This document shows positions 12,534-22,500 of a stretch of 64,000 nucleotides of DNA, piece after piece (within the stretch, counting starts at the first letter, position 1; the number at the start of each line of letters is the position of its first letter). Position numbers and translations under genes: made by a program. The stretch lies in assembly GCA_963837955.1 (NCBI GenBank), contig CAWIPH010000002.1, forward strand, positions 2,976,001 through 3,040,000. The letters are read 5' to 3'. This stretch comes from an uncultured Verrucomicrobiae bacterium. GTDB lineage: Bacteria; Verrucomicrobiota; Verrucomicrobiia; Chthoniobacterales; JAFAMB01. The notes below the pieces were generated by a model, which had not been told where the DNA came from, did no database searches, and saw nothing but the letters and a program-made list of their open reading frames with translations.

Positions 12534-13580
12534 TTACTTGGCCCGCGTTGCAGCTTGGTAGACCGCCATGGTGCGCGCGGCCACCACGTCCCAAGCTGTA
12601 GCCCTTCTCCATTCGTCGGCCGCTCCATAATCAGGCTTCTGCTGAAGGGTTTGTCGCAGTTTTTCGGCAAAGTCAGTTCTGAGGTCATCGAATCGGTAAA
12701 CCAAATGATGCGGCTCCTGGAGGTCGATTGTGGTCAATCGTGCTGGAAGCAAGATGGGAAGCCCGAAAGAACGGGCCAGGCAGGCCACCCCTGAAGTGAA
12801 TATCTTACGATAATTGATAACAGCGCAATCCGCAGCGCAAAACCAAAGCTTGACTTGCTCGTCAGATTGAAAATTGGATTTCAGCACAATGTTAGAAGAT
12901 CTAGCGGCGAGCGTACTGAGCTTACGTGTATATTCTGGGTCGATCGACCGTCCCACAATCGCGAGCTTCAGTTCCGATCGGTTCGCGATCCAAAATTCTA
13001 TAATTTCTTCAGTCCCTTTGTTTGGAGCTATCGTCCCGAACGCGAGGCAGATCTTTTCAGGACCGAGACCAAGTCGAGAGCGTGCCTCTTCCCGAGACGT
13101 CGGTAGACCATAGGAACCAGACATGTCCCCGTGGGGGATAATAGCGCATTTTTCCGGTGAAACCCGAAAATCCTTTATCACTTGCTCTCTCGCCGCCGCG
13201 GCATGGATGATCACTCCCGAGCAGTGCCGGAGAAGGCACGCCGTTGCAGCTCTGGTAAGCAGATCATCTCGATAGTTGAGTGGATAAAGGTCGTGCACCG
13301 TGTAAACCACCGGCAATTTCATCGTACTAAAGTAAAGCTCCGGACAAAATCTCAGTTTTCGCCAAAAATCTAGTTTGTCGCCCTTGATCAGGTAGTACTG
13401 CGGAAAATGCAGATGCAGAATATCGACTGACATGCCGCGTAGACCGCGATACAGAGGGAGGACGCGGCGATATCCTTGCAGGAAATCGACCTTTGTCGCG
13501 CACTTCGATAGGGCATCTGCCAAAAGCTGCTGATAGGGCACCACTTCCCGATAATCCGGAGCAAAGGCTACGCGCATCAT
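12534..13580 (-). CDS. Glycosyltransferase, GT-B/GT4-like
   Basis: LHLH, TVHD, IIPHG and FGTIAPNKG motifs. Close paralog of 39648-40700. Confidence 0.85.
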   Translation of the reverse strand: MMRVAFAPDYREVVPYQQLLADALSKCATKVDFLQGYRRVLPLYRGLRGMSVDILHLHFPQYYLIKGDKLDFWRKLRFCPELYFSTMKLPVVYTVHDLYPLNYRDDLLTRAATACLLRHCSGVIIHAAAAREQVIKDFRVSPEKCAIIPHGDMSGSYGLPTSREEARSRLGLGPEKICLAFGTIAPNKGTEEIIEFWIANRSELKLAIVGRSIDPEYTRKLSTLAARSSNIVLKSNFQSDEQVKLWFCAADCAVINYRKIFTSGVACLARSFGLPILLPARLTTIDLQEPHHLVYRFDDLRTDFAEKLRQTLQQKPDYGAADEWRRATAWDVVAARTMAVYQAATRAK

Positions 13581-13857
13581 TGCACTATAACGACGAATTA
13601 AGCAGCGGCTTGAGTAGGGCGGAGTTGAGGAAGCAGTTAGCCGTTACCGTTTGTCCCGATCGAGATTATCTTCGATGATGATAACTTCCTGCCGCTTTCC
13701 TCCTTGTTAGGCTGGAAGGTAAGATTATGATAAATCCCGAGTTCAATTCGGAACTGCCCTCTTAACTGATCCAAATGGTCAAAAGATTTCCTATTCCGGC
13801 TTTGTGGCGACACGGACTGCGAGCTCCGCTTGGCCCTTTGACGGCGTCCTGACGATA

Positions 13858-15237
13858 ATGAATCGCATTGATCGCCGGCGCTTCCTGCTGAGTACCGCAG
13901 GGCTATTTGGCATGGGGCTTTCCGTTCCCATGTTGCGTGCGGCCGGCGAGGAGAACGAGCTTTCGGTTGACTTCCACGCGTCGGGAAAACCTATTCCATC
14001 AGACTTTCTGGGCTTTAGCTATGACACTGACGTGCTGACGATGGACCAGCTACTCTTACCTCAGAATAGCTCCCTCATTTCACTTGTTCGGCGTCTTGGG
14101 TCAACGGGAGTGATCCGCATTGGCGGCAATTCGAGTGACCGCGCTTCTCTGCGCGATGGAGTAAACGTCAGCCCCGTCCACATCGAGCATCTCGCGGCCT
14201 TCCTGTCTAAAACTGGTTGGCGACTCATCTACGGACTCAATCTCGGTACCGGGAAGCCGGAGCAAGCAGCTGCTGAGGCAGAGCTGGTCGCAAAAGCAGT
14301 GGGCTCGAAACTGATGGCGTTTCAGATCGGCAATGAGCCCGACGGCTTCCGAAACGAGCTCCGCTCGCAAAACTATAATCATCCGGATTACATCGCTGAA
14401 TGGCGCGTCTTCGCGAAGGCAATCAGGGCGCGGGTCCCGGGTGCGCGGCTGGCAGGACCAGACGTCGGGTTCGATGCTAGTTGGCTCGCACCATTTGCGG
14501 CCGCTGTCGGACAAGAGCTGATCTTCTTAACCTGTCATTATTACAGCGAGGGTCAGATGAGCGGTCCAGAGGTGGGAATCGAAAACATGTTGGGATCGGC
14601 TCAAAAACTTGCCGGAGTCCTCGAATATGCGAAAAAGGTGACGGCGGAGACGGGCTTACGGGTAAGGATGGCGGAGATAAATTCGGTTACGGGAGGCGGC
14701 CAATCTGGTGTCAGCGACACCTTAGCAGCGGCGCTTTGGGGTGTTGATGTGATGTTTACTCTGGCTGCTGCAGGATGGCTCGGTGTGACGTTTCATGGCG
14801 GCGGAGGTATTTACAATCCCATTGTGCAAACTGCGAAAGGTTCATTCGTGCCGAAGCCGATTTACTACGCGATGCTCTTTTTTGCTGAGGCTGGCCGCGG
14901 ATCAATTGTACCGACCCAGCTGCAGGCCTCTCGACCTACCCTAAGGGTCTTCGCAGTACGCGGCACAGGTGGCGAACGTCGAATCATTTTTGTGAACATC
15001 AATCTCTCCCAAGCCGAGCGGGTACGCATCGACGTCGAAGGGCGCAAAGCCACCCTACTACGCCTGACTGCGCCTTCGGCGCGCAGTCAATCAGGGCTCA
15101 CCTTCGGCGGAAGCTCAATCGGCCCAGCCGGCGAGTGGGTGCCGCGCGCTCTACCCCAGGTGGCGCGCCAGGACGACCGCTTTATCGTCGACCTGCCCGC
15201 GGCGAGTGCGACAATAGTCCAAATTCTCCCAAACTAG
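13858..15237 (+). CDS. Tat-exported glycoside hydrolase family 79 (beta-glucuronidase/heparanase-like)
   Basis: Twin-arginine signal MNRIDRRRFLL; IRIGGN; GNEPD (acid/base); AEINS (nucleophile); GVSDTLAAALW. The start was moved from 13804 to the ATG at 13858. Confidence 0.85.
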   Translation: MNRIDRRRFLLSTAGLFGMGLSVPMLRAAGEENELSVDFHASGKPIPSDFLGFSYDTDVLTMDQLLLPQNSSLISLVRRLGSTGVIRIGGNSSDRASLRDGVNVSPVHIEHLAAFLSKTGWRLIYGLNLGTGKPEQAAAEAELVAKAVGSKLMAFQIGNEPDGFRNELRSQNYNHPDYIAEWRVFAKAIRARVPGARLAGPDVGFDASWLAPFAAAVGQELIFLTCHYYSEGQMSGPEVGIENMLGSAQKLAGVLEYAKKVTAETGLRVRMAEINSVTGGGQSGVSDTLAAALWGVDVMFTLAAAGWLGVTFHGGGGIYNPIVQTAKGSFVPKPIYYAMLFFAEAGRGSIVPTQLQASRPTLRVFAVRGTGGERRIIFVNINLSQAERVRIDVEGRKATLLRLTAPSARSQSGLTFGGSSIGPAGEWVPRALPQVARQDDRFIVDLPAASATIVQILPN

Positions 15238-15257
15238 ACTCGCGCCAGGGTTCGTTA

Positions 15258-16346
15258 TCAAGTTTGTAGCGGCACTGACTCCAAACCGGAGACTTCCGGA
15301 AGTTTCCGCCGCCAGGGCAGAATGCTTTTCGAAGCATTGATGGAGGGCCGCTCGAAAATAAGATAAAAAATCCAGGCAAACAGAATGGTAAGTCCGCATA
15401 TCAAGATAAGGATGATCCAGGAAAATGATTTCCACGCTGGCAAGTGGGCAGCCAAGCTGACGAGCCGAACGCCGAACGGTATGTGAACGAGATAGAGGGA
15501 GTAGGAAATCAGGCCAAAGAAAATCAGTAACCTGCTCCGGGGCTTCCAGAAAATGATAGCGAGAGAAGTGCCGCCAACAATGGTAGCCGCTATTAAACCC
15601 TGACTCTTCCAGACAATCGGAAGCATAATCAGCAGGTATCCCAGATATTCAAATACAGGGCGGTTCAGAACCCGATAACGAAAGGTAGCAATTCCTACGG
15701 CGAACATTGCCGCGTAATCGAAGACCCAACTCGACTGGGTGATAAACAGGTTCGTTAAAGCAAAAAGGAGGATGACACCATTGGCGATAACCGCTGAGCG
15801 CGAGTCGATCAGAGGAAAGAGAACCGCGACGGTCAAATAATATTGAAATTCTATCGCTAGCGTCCAGTAGATCACCTGCAGCCAATCCATTCCCAGGAAC
15901 GCATTCAAATAACCGACGTGCGCGAGGACCTGCGGAATATTGAATTGAAACGGCGGATCGTGCAAAGCCGGAACCAACGAGCTGAGGTAGTTAAGCCCGA
16001 GCACCAAGGCAACGGAGATGAGGTACGGCGGGTCAATCCGTACGACGCGTTTCAAAAGAAATCGCGGCGCGTCCTGCCAATGGTAATTAGAGCAAAACAT
16101 CGAATAGGGGATCACGAATCCGGAGATCACAAAAAAGGCAAAAACTCCGTCGTGGGCCCACTTGCTCAAAAAGAGCAGCACTGGGTTATTGTCGATAAAG
16201 TGACCGTTAACCCAAACCAAGTGAAAAAGGCACACCGACAGGGAAGCTAATCCTCGCAAAGCATCGACTGCCAGAATTCGCTTTTTCGAGTTTTGTACTT
16301 CTCCTGTTGATTCGGTGGCTTGGGACGGGCGTTCGATTCTGTTCAT
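15258..16346 (-). CDS. Acyltransferase family 3 (OafA-like) membrane O-acyltransferase
   Basis: DALRGLA, FFVISGFVI, KRVVRIDPPY, WTLAIEFQYY and GLISYSLYLVH; about 10 TM helices. Start uncertain (16346 or 16400). Confidence 0.9.
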   Translation of the reverse strand: MNRIERPSQATESTGEVQNSKKRILAVDALRGLASLSVCLFHLVWVNGHFIDNNPVLLFLSKWAHDGVFAFFVISGFVIPYSMFCSNYHWQDAPRFLLKRVVRIDPPYLISVALVLGLNYLSSLVPALHDPPFQFNIPQVLAHVGYLNAFLGMDWLQVIYWTLAIEFQYYLTVAVLFPLIDSRSAVIANGVILLFALTNLFITQSSWVFDYAAMFAVGIATFRYRVLNRPVFEYLGYLLIMLPIVWKSQGLIAATIVGGTSLAIIFWKPRSRLLIFFGLISYSLYLVHIPFGVRLVSLAAHLPAWKSFSWIILILICGLTILFAWIFYLIFERPSINASKSILPWRRKLPEVSGLESVPLQT

Positions 16347-16748
16347 TTCTGAGATTGCGGTTATCACCCGTCGGATATTTGCAAAAACCTCCACCATCAA
16401 ACGGCGCAGCCGCCGGGCGGCAGTTAGATTCTACATAGATATCGTCCGCGTCAGTACAAAGGTTAGGAATTTCGAGAGGTCAATCTCCCATCGCTTGGCG
16501 CGAACCAGCGGGCTAGCGCCAAGTCACTAAAACTCGGGCATGGCGGCCGCCGAAACACTCTGAAGGATTGAACCGATCGGCACGATTGGACGCCGGTGCA
16601 ATCGGGAAATTGCGGCGATCTGTATATCCACTGTATTTTCCATATTGACTACCGCCTCACCGAATTCGGTGGCGCTCTTGTCTTGCACAATATTCCGAGA
16701 ACTTACTAATCTCCCGCCCCAATAGTCCGATCCATAGTCTCTATACTC

Positions 16749-19511
16749 ATGATACTTCATCACCAGGCAGGAAACGGTTCCGTATCTGCGTGCGATGGCC
16801 GAGATTCAATGCTGCGCGAAGATCCGAGCCCGGCACCCCAGGCGCACCTTGAATTCTGGCAGAGTCAATTGGCTAACTCATCCCTTTTGGAATTACCAAT
16901 TGATTGCCCGCGATCGCTGACCCAAACCTACGCCGCTGCGACGGAGCCTTTCACCTTGTCAGCTACGCTCGGGTCTTCGCTCTGGAAGTACGAAGGCCAG
17001 CGAGACGGCGGAGTTTCCTCGATTCTCCTTGCGACGGTCAAAGTGCTACTATTTCGCTACACCAACCAGGAAGATGTCGTCGTAGCCATTCCGTCGTTCC
17101 AGGCTGGCCGCCAAGTTGAGGAACCCGCCGCCGGTGATAGGCAGCTTCCGAAATTTTTTTTCTTACGGACCCGTCTCCATTCTGATCTTTCATTTCGGGA
17201 AGTCTTGAATCGCGTCCAGGCTGCGACCGCCGACATGCTGCGACATTCGGAAATCTCGACCGAGCAAGTGTCAACTTTGCTGCCAGGGCCCAACAGTTTC
17301 CAACGCCTGTGTCAAGTCTCGTTTGGATGTTTTCCCAGACCTCTGAGGGAAGCCGAGTTATGCCGTGGGCCGTCCCCAACGCTCGAATTGGTTCTCGCGG
17401 ATATCGCATCGGATCTCTTTTTCGTTTTGAGCGACGGGGCAAGCGGCCTGGACGGCTCCGTGATCTACAATTCCAACCTCTTCCAAGCGGCAACGATCCG
17501 ACGAATGATCGGGCACTTCGGTACGATGTTGGAAGGGATCGTCACGAATCCCGATATGCGGATCTCGGAGCTGCCAATTCTCACCAACAGCGAGGAGAAA
17601 CAGATGGTGATCGAATGGAATCAAACGAAGGTTCCATTCCCGAACCACCTTAGCATTAGTGAACTCTTCGAAAATCAGGCCAAGCAGAGTGAGGATTCGA
17701 TAGCCGTTGAACACAACGATCGCAGCTTAACGTATCGGGAATTGAATGAGCGTGCCAATGAACTCGCTCATACGCTGCGGATTGCAGGGATTCAGCCGGG
17801 AGACTTCGTCGCTATCTGCATGCACCGATCGATCGAGCTGATTATTGGCAAACTCGCCATCCTCAAGGCCGGTGCCGCATATGTACCGATTAATCCTGAA
17901 TATCCAGCGGAGCGACGCTCACTCATGCTCGAAGGCGCATCTTTGGTTTTGACGGTGGATAAAATAATCTCCGAATTCGCTACGGGTCCGGCGCGTACCA
18001 TCAGCGTAGACAGTCCGGACCTAAGGAGTGCCAGCGCAGAAAATCTTCCGGGGCATTCAGACGGAGAGAGCGTTATTGCCGTGCTTTACACTTCCGGCTC
18101 GACGGGTAAATCGAAAGGAGTCGCGATCGTGCATCGATCGGTCTCGGCTCTTGTGCTCAACACAAACTATATCGCCTTCGATCCGGCCGACGCTGTAGCT
18201 TTCCGGGCAAATATCTGCTTTGACGTGGCTTTGTTTGAAATATGGGGTCCACTCTTAAATGGAGGTCGGATCGTCATCATTGATCACGAGGTGCAACTCT
18301 CTCCTTCGACCTTCGTCAGCGAGATGAAACAACGGGGAGTCACAATCTTGTGGATCACCACTTCGCTTTTCCACCTGCTCGCCCGCGAAATGCCGACAGC
18401 TTTTTCCGGGCTGCGCCATGTCTTCATCGGTGGCGAGATATTAGACCCACAAAATGTCCGGAGAGTCCTGCAACATGGGCCGCCGGAACGACTGGTGAAC
18501 GTTTACGGACCGACCGAAACAACGACGTTCTCGACAACTCATCGAATCCAGTCAGTACTCGAGGGGACAAAAACGATTCCGATCGGAAAGCCGATCGCGA
18601 ACACCAGAGTGTACATACTCGACCACTGTCGCAAGCCGGTTCCGATCGGGGTGCTCGGCGAAATTTATATCGGTGGAACAGGGGTCGCGCGAGGTTACGT
18701 CGGAGCGCCCGAGTTGACGACGGCACGCTTCATTGCGGATCCTTTCTCTGCCGATGACGGAACAAAGCTCTATAAGACAGGCGACTTAGCCAAGTGGCTT
18801 CCCGATGGATCGATCGACTTCGTGGGCCGAGCGGACTTCCAAGTTAAGATCCGTGGTTTTCGCGTCGAACTCGCTGAAGTCGAGATTGCCTTAAAACGGC
18901 ATCAAGCGATCCGGGCTGCAGTGGTCGAAGTACGGAGTGATAGCGGAAAAGACAAACAACTTGCTGCCTATGTTGCCGGAGACACAGCAAAATTGACTCC
19001 AAGAGAAATTCGTGAATTTCTAAAAATTTCCCTGCCCGACTACATGATTCCGTCGGTAATTGTGGCACTCGAAGAATTCCCGATCAATGCCAATGGTAAA
19101 ATCGATCGCGATGCCCTGGCCAAGATCTCGGTTGTTCCAACCGAGAAAGTGAGGATCGCCCCGCGTAGCTTGCTGGAAAAGCAGTTAGTGGAGATTTGGG
19201 AACAAATTCTGGGAGTAGAGCCTATCGGAATCAGCGACGACTTTTTCGAAATCGGCGGAGACTCCCTCCTTGCCGTCCGTGCGACAAATCGGGTACAGGA
19301 ATTAATCGGTAGATCCGTGCGAGCCGTAGTGCTGTGGGAAGCGCCGACCATCGCAGAACTAGCGGAGCTTCTCCAGGTAACGGATGAGATGAACGGAGCG
19401 GCTGGGATAGGGCCTGAGAATGGGAACGGAGCGCAGCGGCGACTCGAGCCTGTGCCAGCGCCACAAGATGCGATCAAGGTTTTGCCTCGAATACGCCAAA
19501 GTCGGAGCTAG
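16749..19511 (+). CDS. NRPS with N-terminally truncated/degenerate C domain-A-PCP
   Basis: Begins at the C-lobe (FWQSQL..LELPID) with no HHxxxDG; A cores YTSGSTGKSKG, YGPTE, YKTGD and NGKIDR; PCP GGDSL. The start may be 16809. Confidence 0.9.
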   Translation: MILHHQAGNGSVSACDGRDSMLREDPSPAPQAHLEFWQSQLANSSLLELPIDCPRSLTQTYAAATEPFTLSATLGSSLWKYEGQRDGGVSSILLATVKVLLFRYTNQEDVVVAIPSFQAGRQVEEPAAGDRQLPKFFFLRTRLHSDLSFREVLNRVQAATADMLRHSEISTEQVSTLLPGPNSFQRLCQVSFGCFPRPLREAELCRGPSPTLELVLADIASDLFFVLSDGASGLDGSVIYNSNLFQAATIRRMIGHFGTMLEGIVTNPDMRISELPILTNSEEKQMVIEWNQTKVPFPNHLSISELFENQAKQSEDSIAVEHNDRSLTYRELNERANELAHTLRIAGIQPGDFVAICMHRSIELIIGKLAILKAGAAYVPINPEYPAERRSLMLEGASLVLTVDKIISEFATGPARTISVDSPDLRSASAENLPGHSDGESVIAVLYTSGSTGKSKGVAIVHRSVSALVLNTNYIAFDPADAVAFRANICFDVALFEIWGPLLNGGRIVIIDHEVQLSPSTFVSEMKQRGVTILWITTSLFHLLAREMPTAFSGLRHVFIGGEILDPQNVRRVLQHGPPERLVNVYGPTETTTFSTTHRIQSVLEGTKTIPIGKPIANTRVYILDHCRKPVPIGVLGEIYIGGTGVARGYVGAPELTTARFIADPFSADDGTKLYKTGDLAKWLPDGSIDFVGRADFQVKIRGFRVELAEVEIALKRHQAIRAAVVEVRSDSGKDKQLAAYVAGDTAKLTPREIREFLKISLPDYMIPSVIVALEEFPINANGKIDRDALAKISVVPTEKVRIAPRSLLEKQLVEIWEQILGVEPIGISDDFFEIGGDSLLAVRATNRVQELIGRSVRAVVLWEAPTIAELAELLQVTDEMNGAAGIGPENGNGAQRRLEPVPAPQDAIKVLPRIRQSRS

Positions 19512-19522
19512 TCGAGCGTTTT

Positions 19523-22500
19523 ATGAGGGAAACGCCCGTCATGCCCGACGTCGCTCAACTTGAGCCAACTGAAGATAGTTTCGTCCTGCCGACTTCTTTT
19601 GCTCAAGAAAGCTTGTGGTTTATTGATCAACTCATCCCGGGAAACTCGCTTTACAACATTCCGACAGCTGCTCGAGTGCTTGGTGAGCTAGACGTTGCCG
19701 TTTTGGAACGTAGTTTCGCTGAGATTGTGCGACGGCATGAGGTCTTGCGTACCACCTTGCGCGCAATCGACGGTCTTCCGATGCAGGTAATCGCTCCCGC
19801 AGGCAATGTAATGCTCGAATTTGCGGATCTGAGCGCGCTGGAACCGAACCAACGCGCTTTGGAGGAACAACGTCTGATCACGCTGGAGGGTGCGGAACCG
19901 TTTGACCTCGCCCGCGGCCCTTTGATGCGAGCGAAATTGGTGCGCGCGGCTAAGAATGAGCACGTCCTGATAACCACCCGACACCATATCGTGACCGATG
20001 ATTGGTCGGAGGTGTTGTTTATGCAGGAGCTGGTCACAAGCTACCAGGCATACGTTGATGGCCGAGAGCCGGTGCTGCCGGAGCTGACGATTCAGTATGC
20101 GGATTTTGCGCAGTGGCAACGTGAACATTTGCAGGGCGAAGTGCGCGAATCGCACATCGCCTACTGGCGTAAGAATCTCGCCGACGTGCCGGATCTGCAG
20201 CTGCCCACTGATCGACGGCGCCCGCTTGCTCCCTCCTACGCCGCCGGGACGGAGTCAATCGAGTTGCGGACTCACCTGGCGACATCTTTAAAAGCCTTGG
20301 CCAAACAAGAGGGAGTGACGTTATTCACGGTCCTGCTCGCGGCTTTCAAAGTACTTTTGTCGCGCTACTCTGGCCAGGAAGATGTCACTGTGGGATCGCC
20401 TTTCGCGCATCGCAACCGGACCGAAACCGAGAATCTGCTCGGTTATTTTATCAATCCGACGGCGCTCCGCACGAAGCTGGATGGTGACCCAACCTTTCGG
20501 GAAACGGTTCGGCGGGTGCGTGATACCGCGTTGGGTGCTCATCAGCATCAGGATGTTCCCTTCGAGATGTTGGTGAAAGAGTTGGCGACTGAACGAAATC
20601 CTGGCCGAAACCCGCTCTTCCAGACCATGTTTGTCATGGTCAACGCTCGGCCCAAGACTTACTCCTCACGAGATCTGACGATCGTTCCGATCGAGCTCGA
20701 AGAACAGACAGCCAGGTTCGACTTGACGCTGTACTTGTTCAGCAGCGCCGAAGAAATCCGTGGCTCGCTAATCTATAGCGTCGATCTTTTTGACCCCGCG
20801 ACTATTCGACGGATGGCTAAGCATTTCTGTGCGCTTGTCTCCGGCATTGTCGCAAATCCGGACGCTCGAATATCCGAACTCCCCCTGCTGACCCAAGAGG
20901 AACGCGAGCAGATCTTGGTCGAGTGGAACCGAACTCAGACTGAGTTTCCTTCCGGCGCCAGCATCGACCAACTCTTTGAGGAGCAAGCCGGCAAGACACC
21001 GAACGCGATTGCCATCGAGTCCGGAGACACCCAATGGAGCTACGAGGATCTGAATCAGCGAGCGAACCAACTTGCTCAGATTCTTCGTCAAACAGGTATT
21101 GGCGCTGAAACGTTTGTTGGCCTGTTCCTGGACCGCTCGCCGGAGCTATTCGCAGGAATGTTGGCGATTTTGAAGGTTGGTGGAGCCTACGTGCCAATCG
21201 ATCCCGGCTATCCGGCAGAGCGGCGTACAGTCATGCTTGAGCAAGTGACAATCGTCATTACGGCGAAACGCTATTCCAGCTCCGTTTCTGCTGGTTCAGC
21301 TCGAGTGATCTACATCGAGGATATAGCCGTTACATCTGCCTCGATTTCGGCTCCCCCAATCGAGACTCCTTCGCCTCCGTCGCAGGGCAACAGCATTGCT
21401 TACGTTATCTACACCTCCGGTTCGACGGGAAAACCTAAGGGTGTGATGGTTCCTCACCGGGGAGTCGTTCGGCTATTTCGCGGATCCAACTTCCTCAGCA
21501 TCCGAGCGTCTGATGTGATCGCTCAAACACTCAACCCCTGCTTTGATGCATCGGTACAGGAGATATGGGGAGCGCTTCTCCACGGTGCCCGGTTGGTGAT
21601 CCTGGATAACGAGGTTCTTTTATCTCCGCCGAGATTCAAACAGGCTTTACAAGACTACAACATCACGGCGTGGATGACTACCACAGCGCTGTTTAACTTG
21701 ATGGCCAACGAGGTTCCTGAAGCGTTCGCAAAGCTCAATTACGTCGTGTTTGGCGGGGAAGCAGCCGACCCTCAGAGCGTTTCGCGGGTTCTGCGATGCG
21801 GAGCCCCGGCGCATCTCTTCAACGCTTATGGGCCTACCGAGGCATCGGTCGTTACGACATGTTTGGATATCAAACACTTGGAAGAGGACGCCATTTCCGT
21901 TTCCATTGGACGACCGATTTCTAATACTACAATTTATCTGCTCGATCGGTTTAAGGCTCCGGTTCCGATCGGAGTTGTTGGAGAGCTCTACATCGGGGGT
22001 CCCGGAGTGGCACGTGGGTACGTTAAGGCACCTGAACTGACGGCCGAACGTTTTGTTGCAGATCCATTTTCGAACGAGTCCGGCGTGCGCCTCTATCGTA
22101 CCGGAGATCTGGCTCGTTGGCTGCCGGATGGAACGATCGAATTCATTGGCCGCACCGATCATCAAGTCAAAATCCGCGGGTTTCGCATCGAGCTCGGCGA
22201 GATTGAAGCGGTTTTGAATCAGCATCCCGCGGTCAAACACGCAGCCGTGCAGCTCAGGGAACGTAATGGCGAAAAGCGCCTCTTGGCTTATGCAGCGGGT
22301 GACTTATCTCAACTGAACGAAGAATCACTTCGCGATTTTCTCAAACAGAAGCTGCCGGACTATATGGTGCCTTCTGCGATCGTCACCCTCGAAAAACTGC
22401 CGGTGGATTCAAATGGGAAAATCGACCGGCGCAACTTACCGGAACCTTTGAGAGCGGATCAGGGAAGGGTGGCCGTTGCACCGCGAGACGCTCTCGAGGC

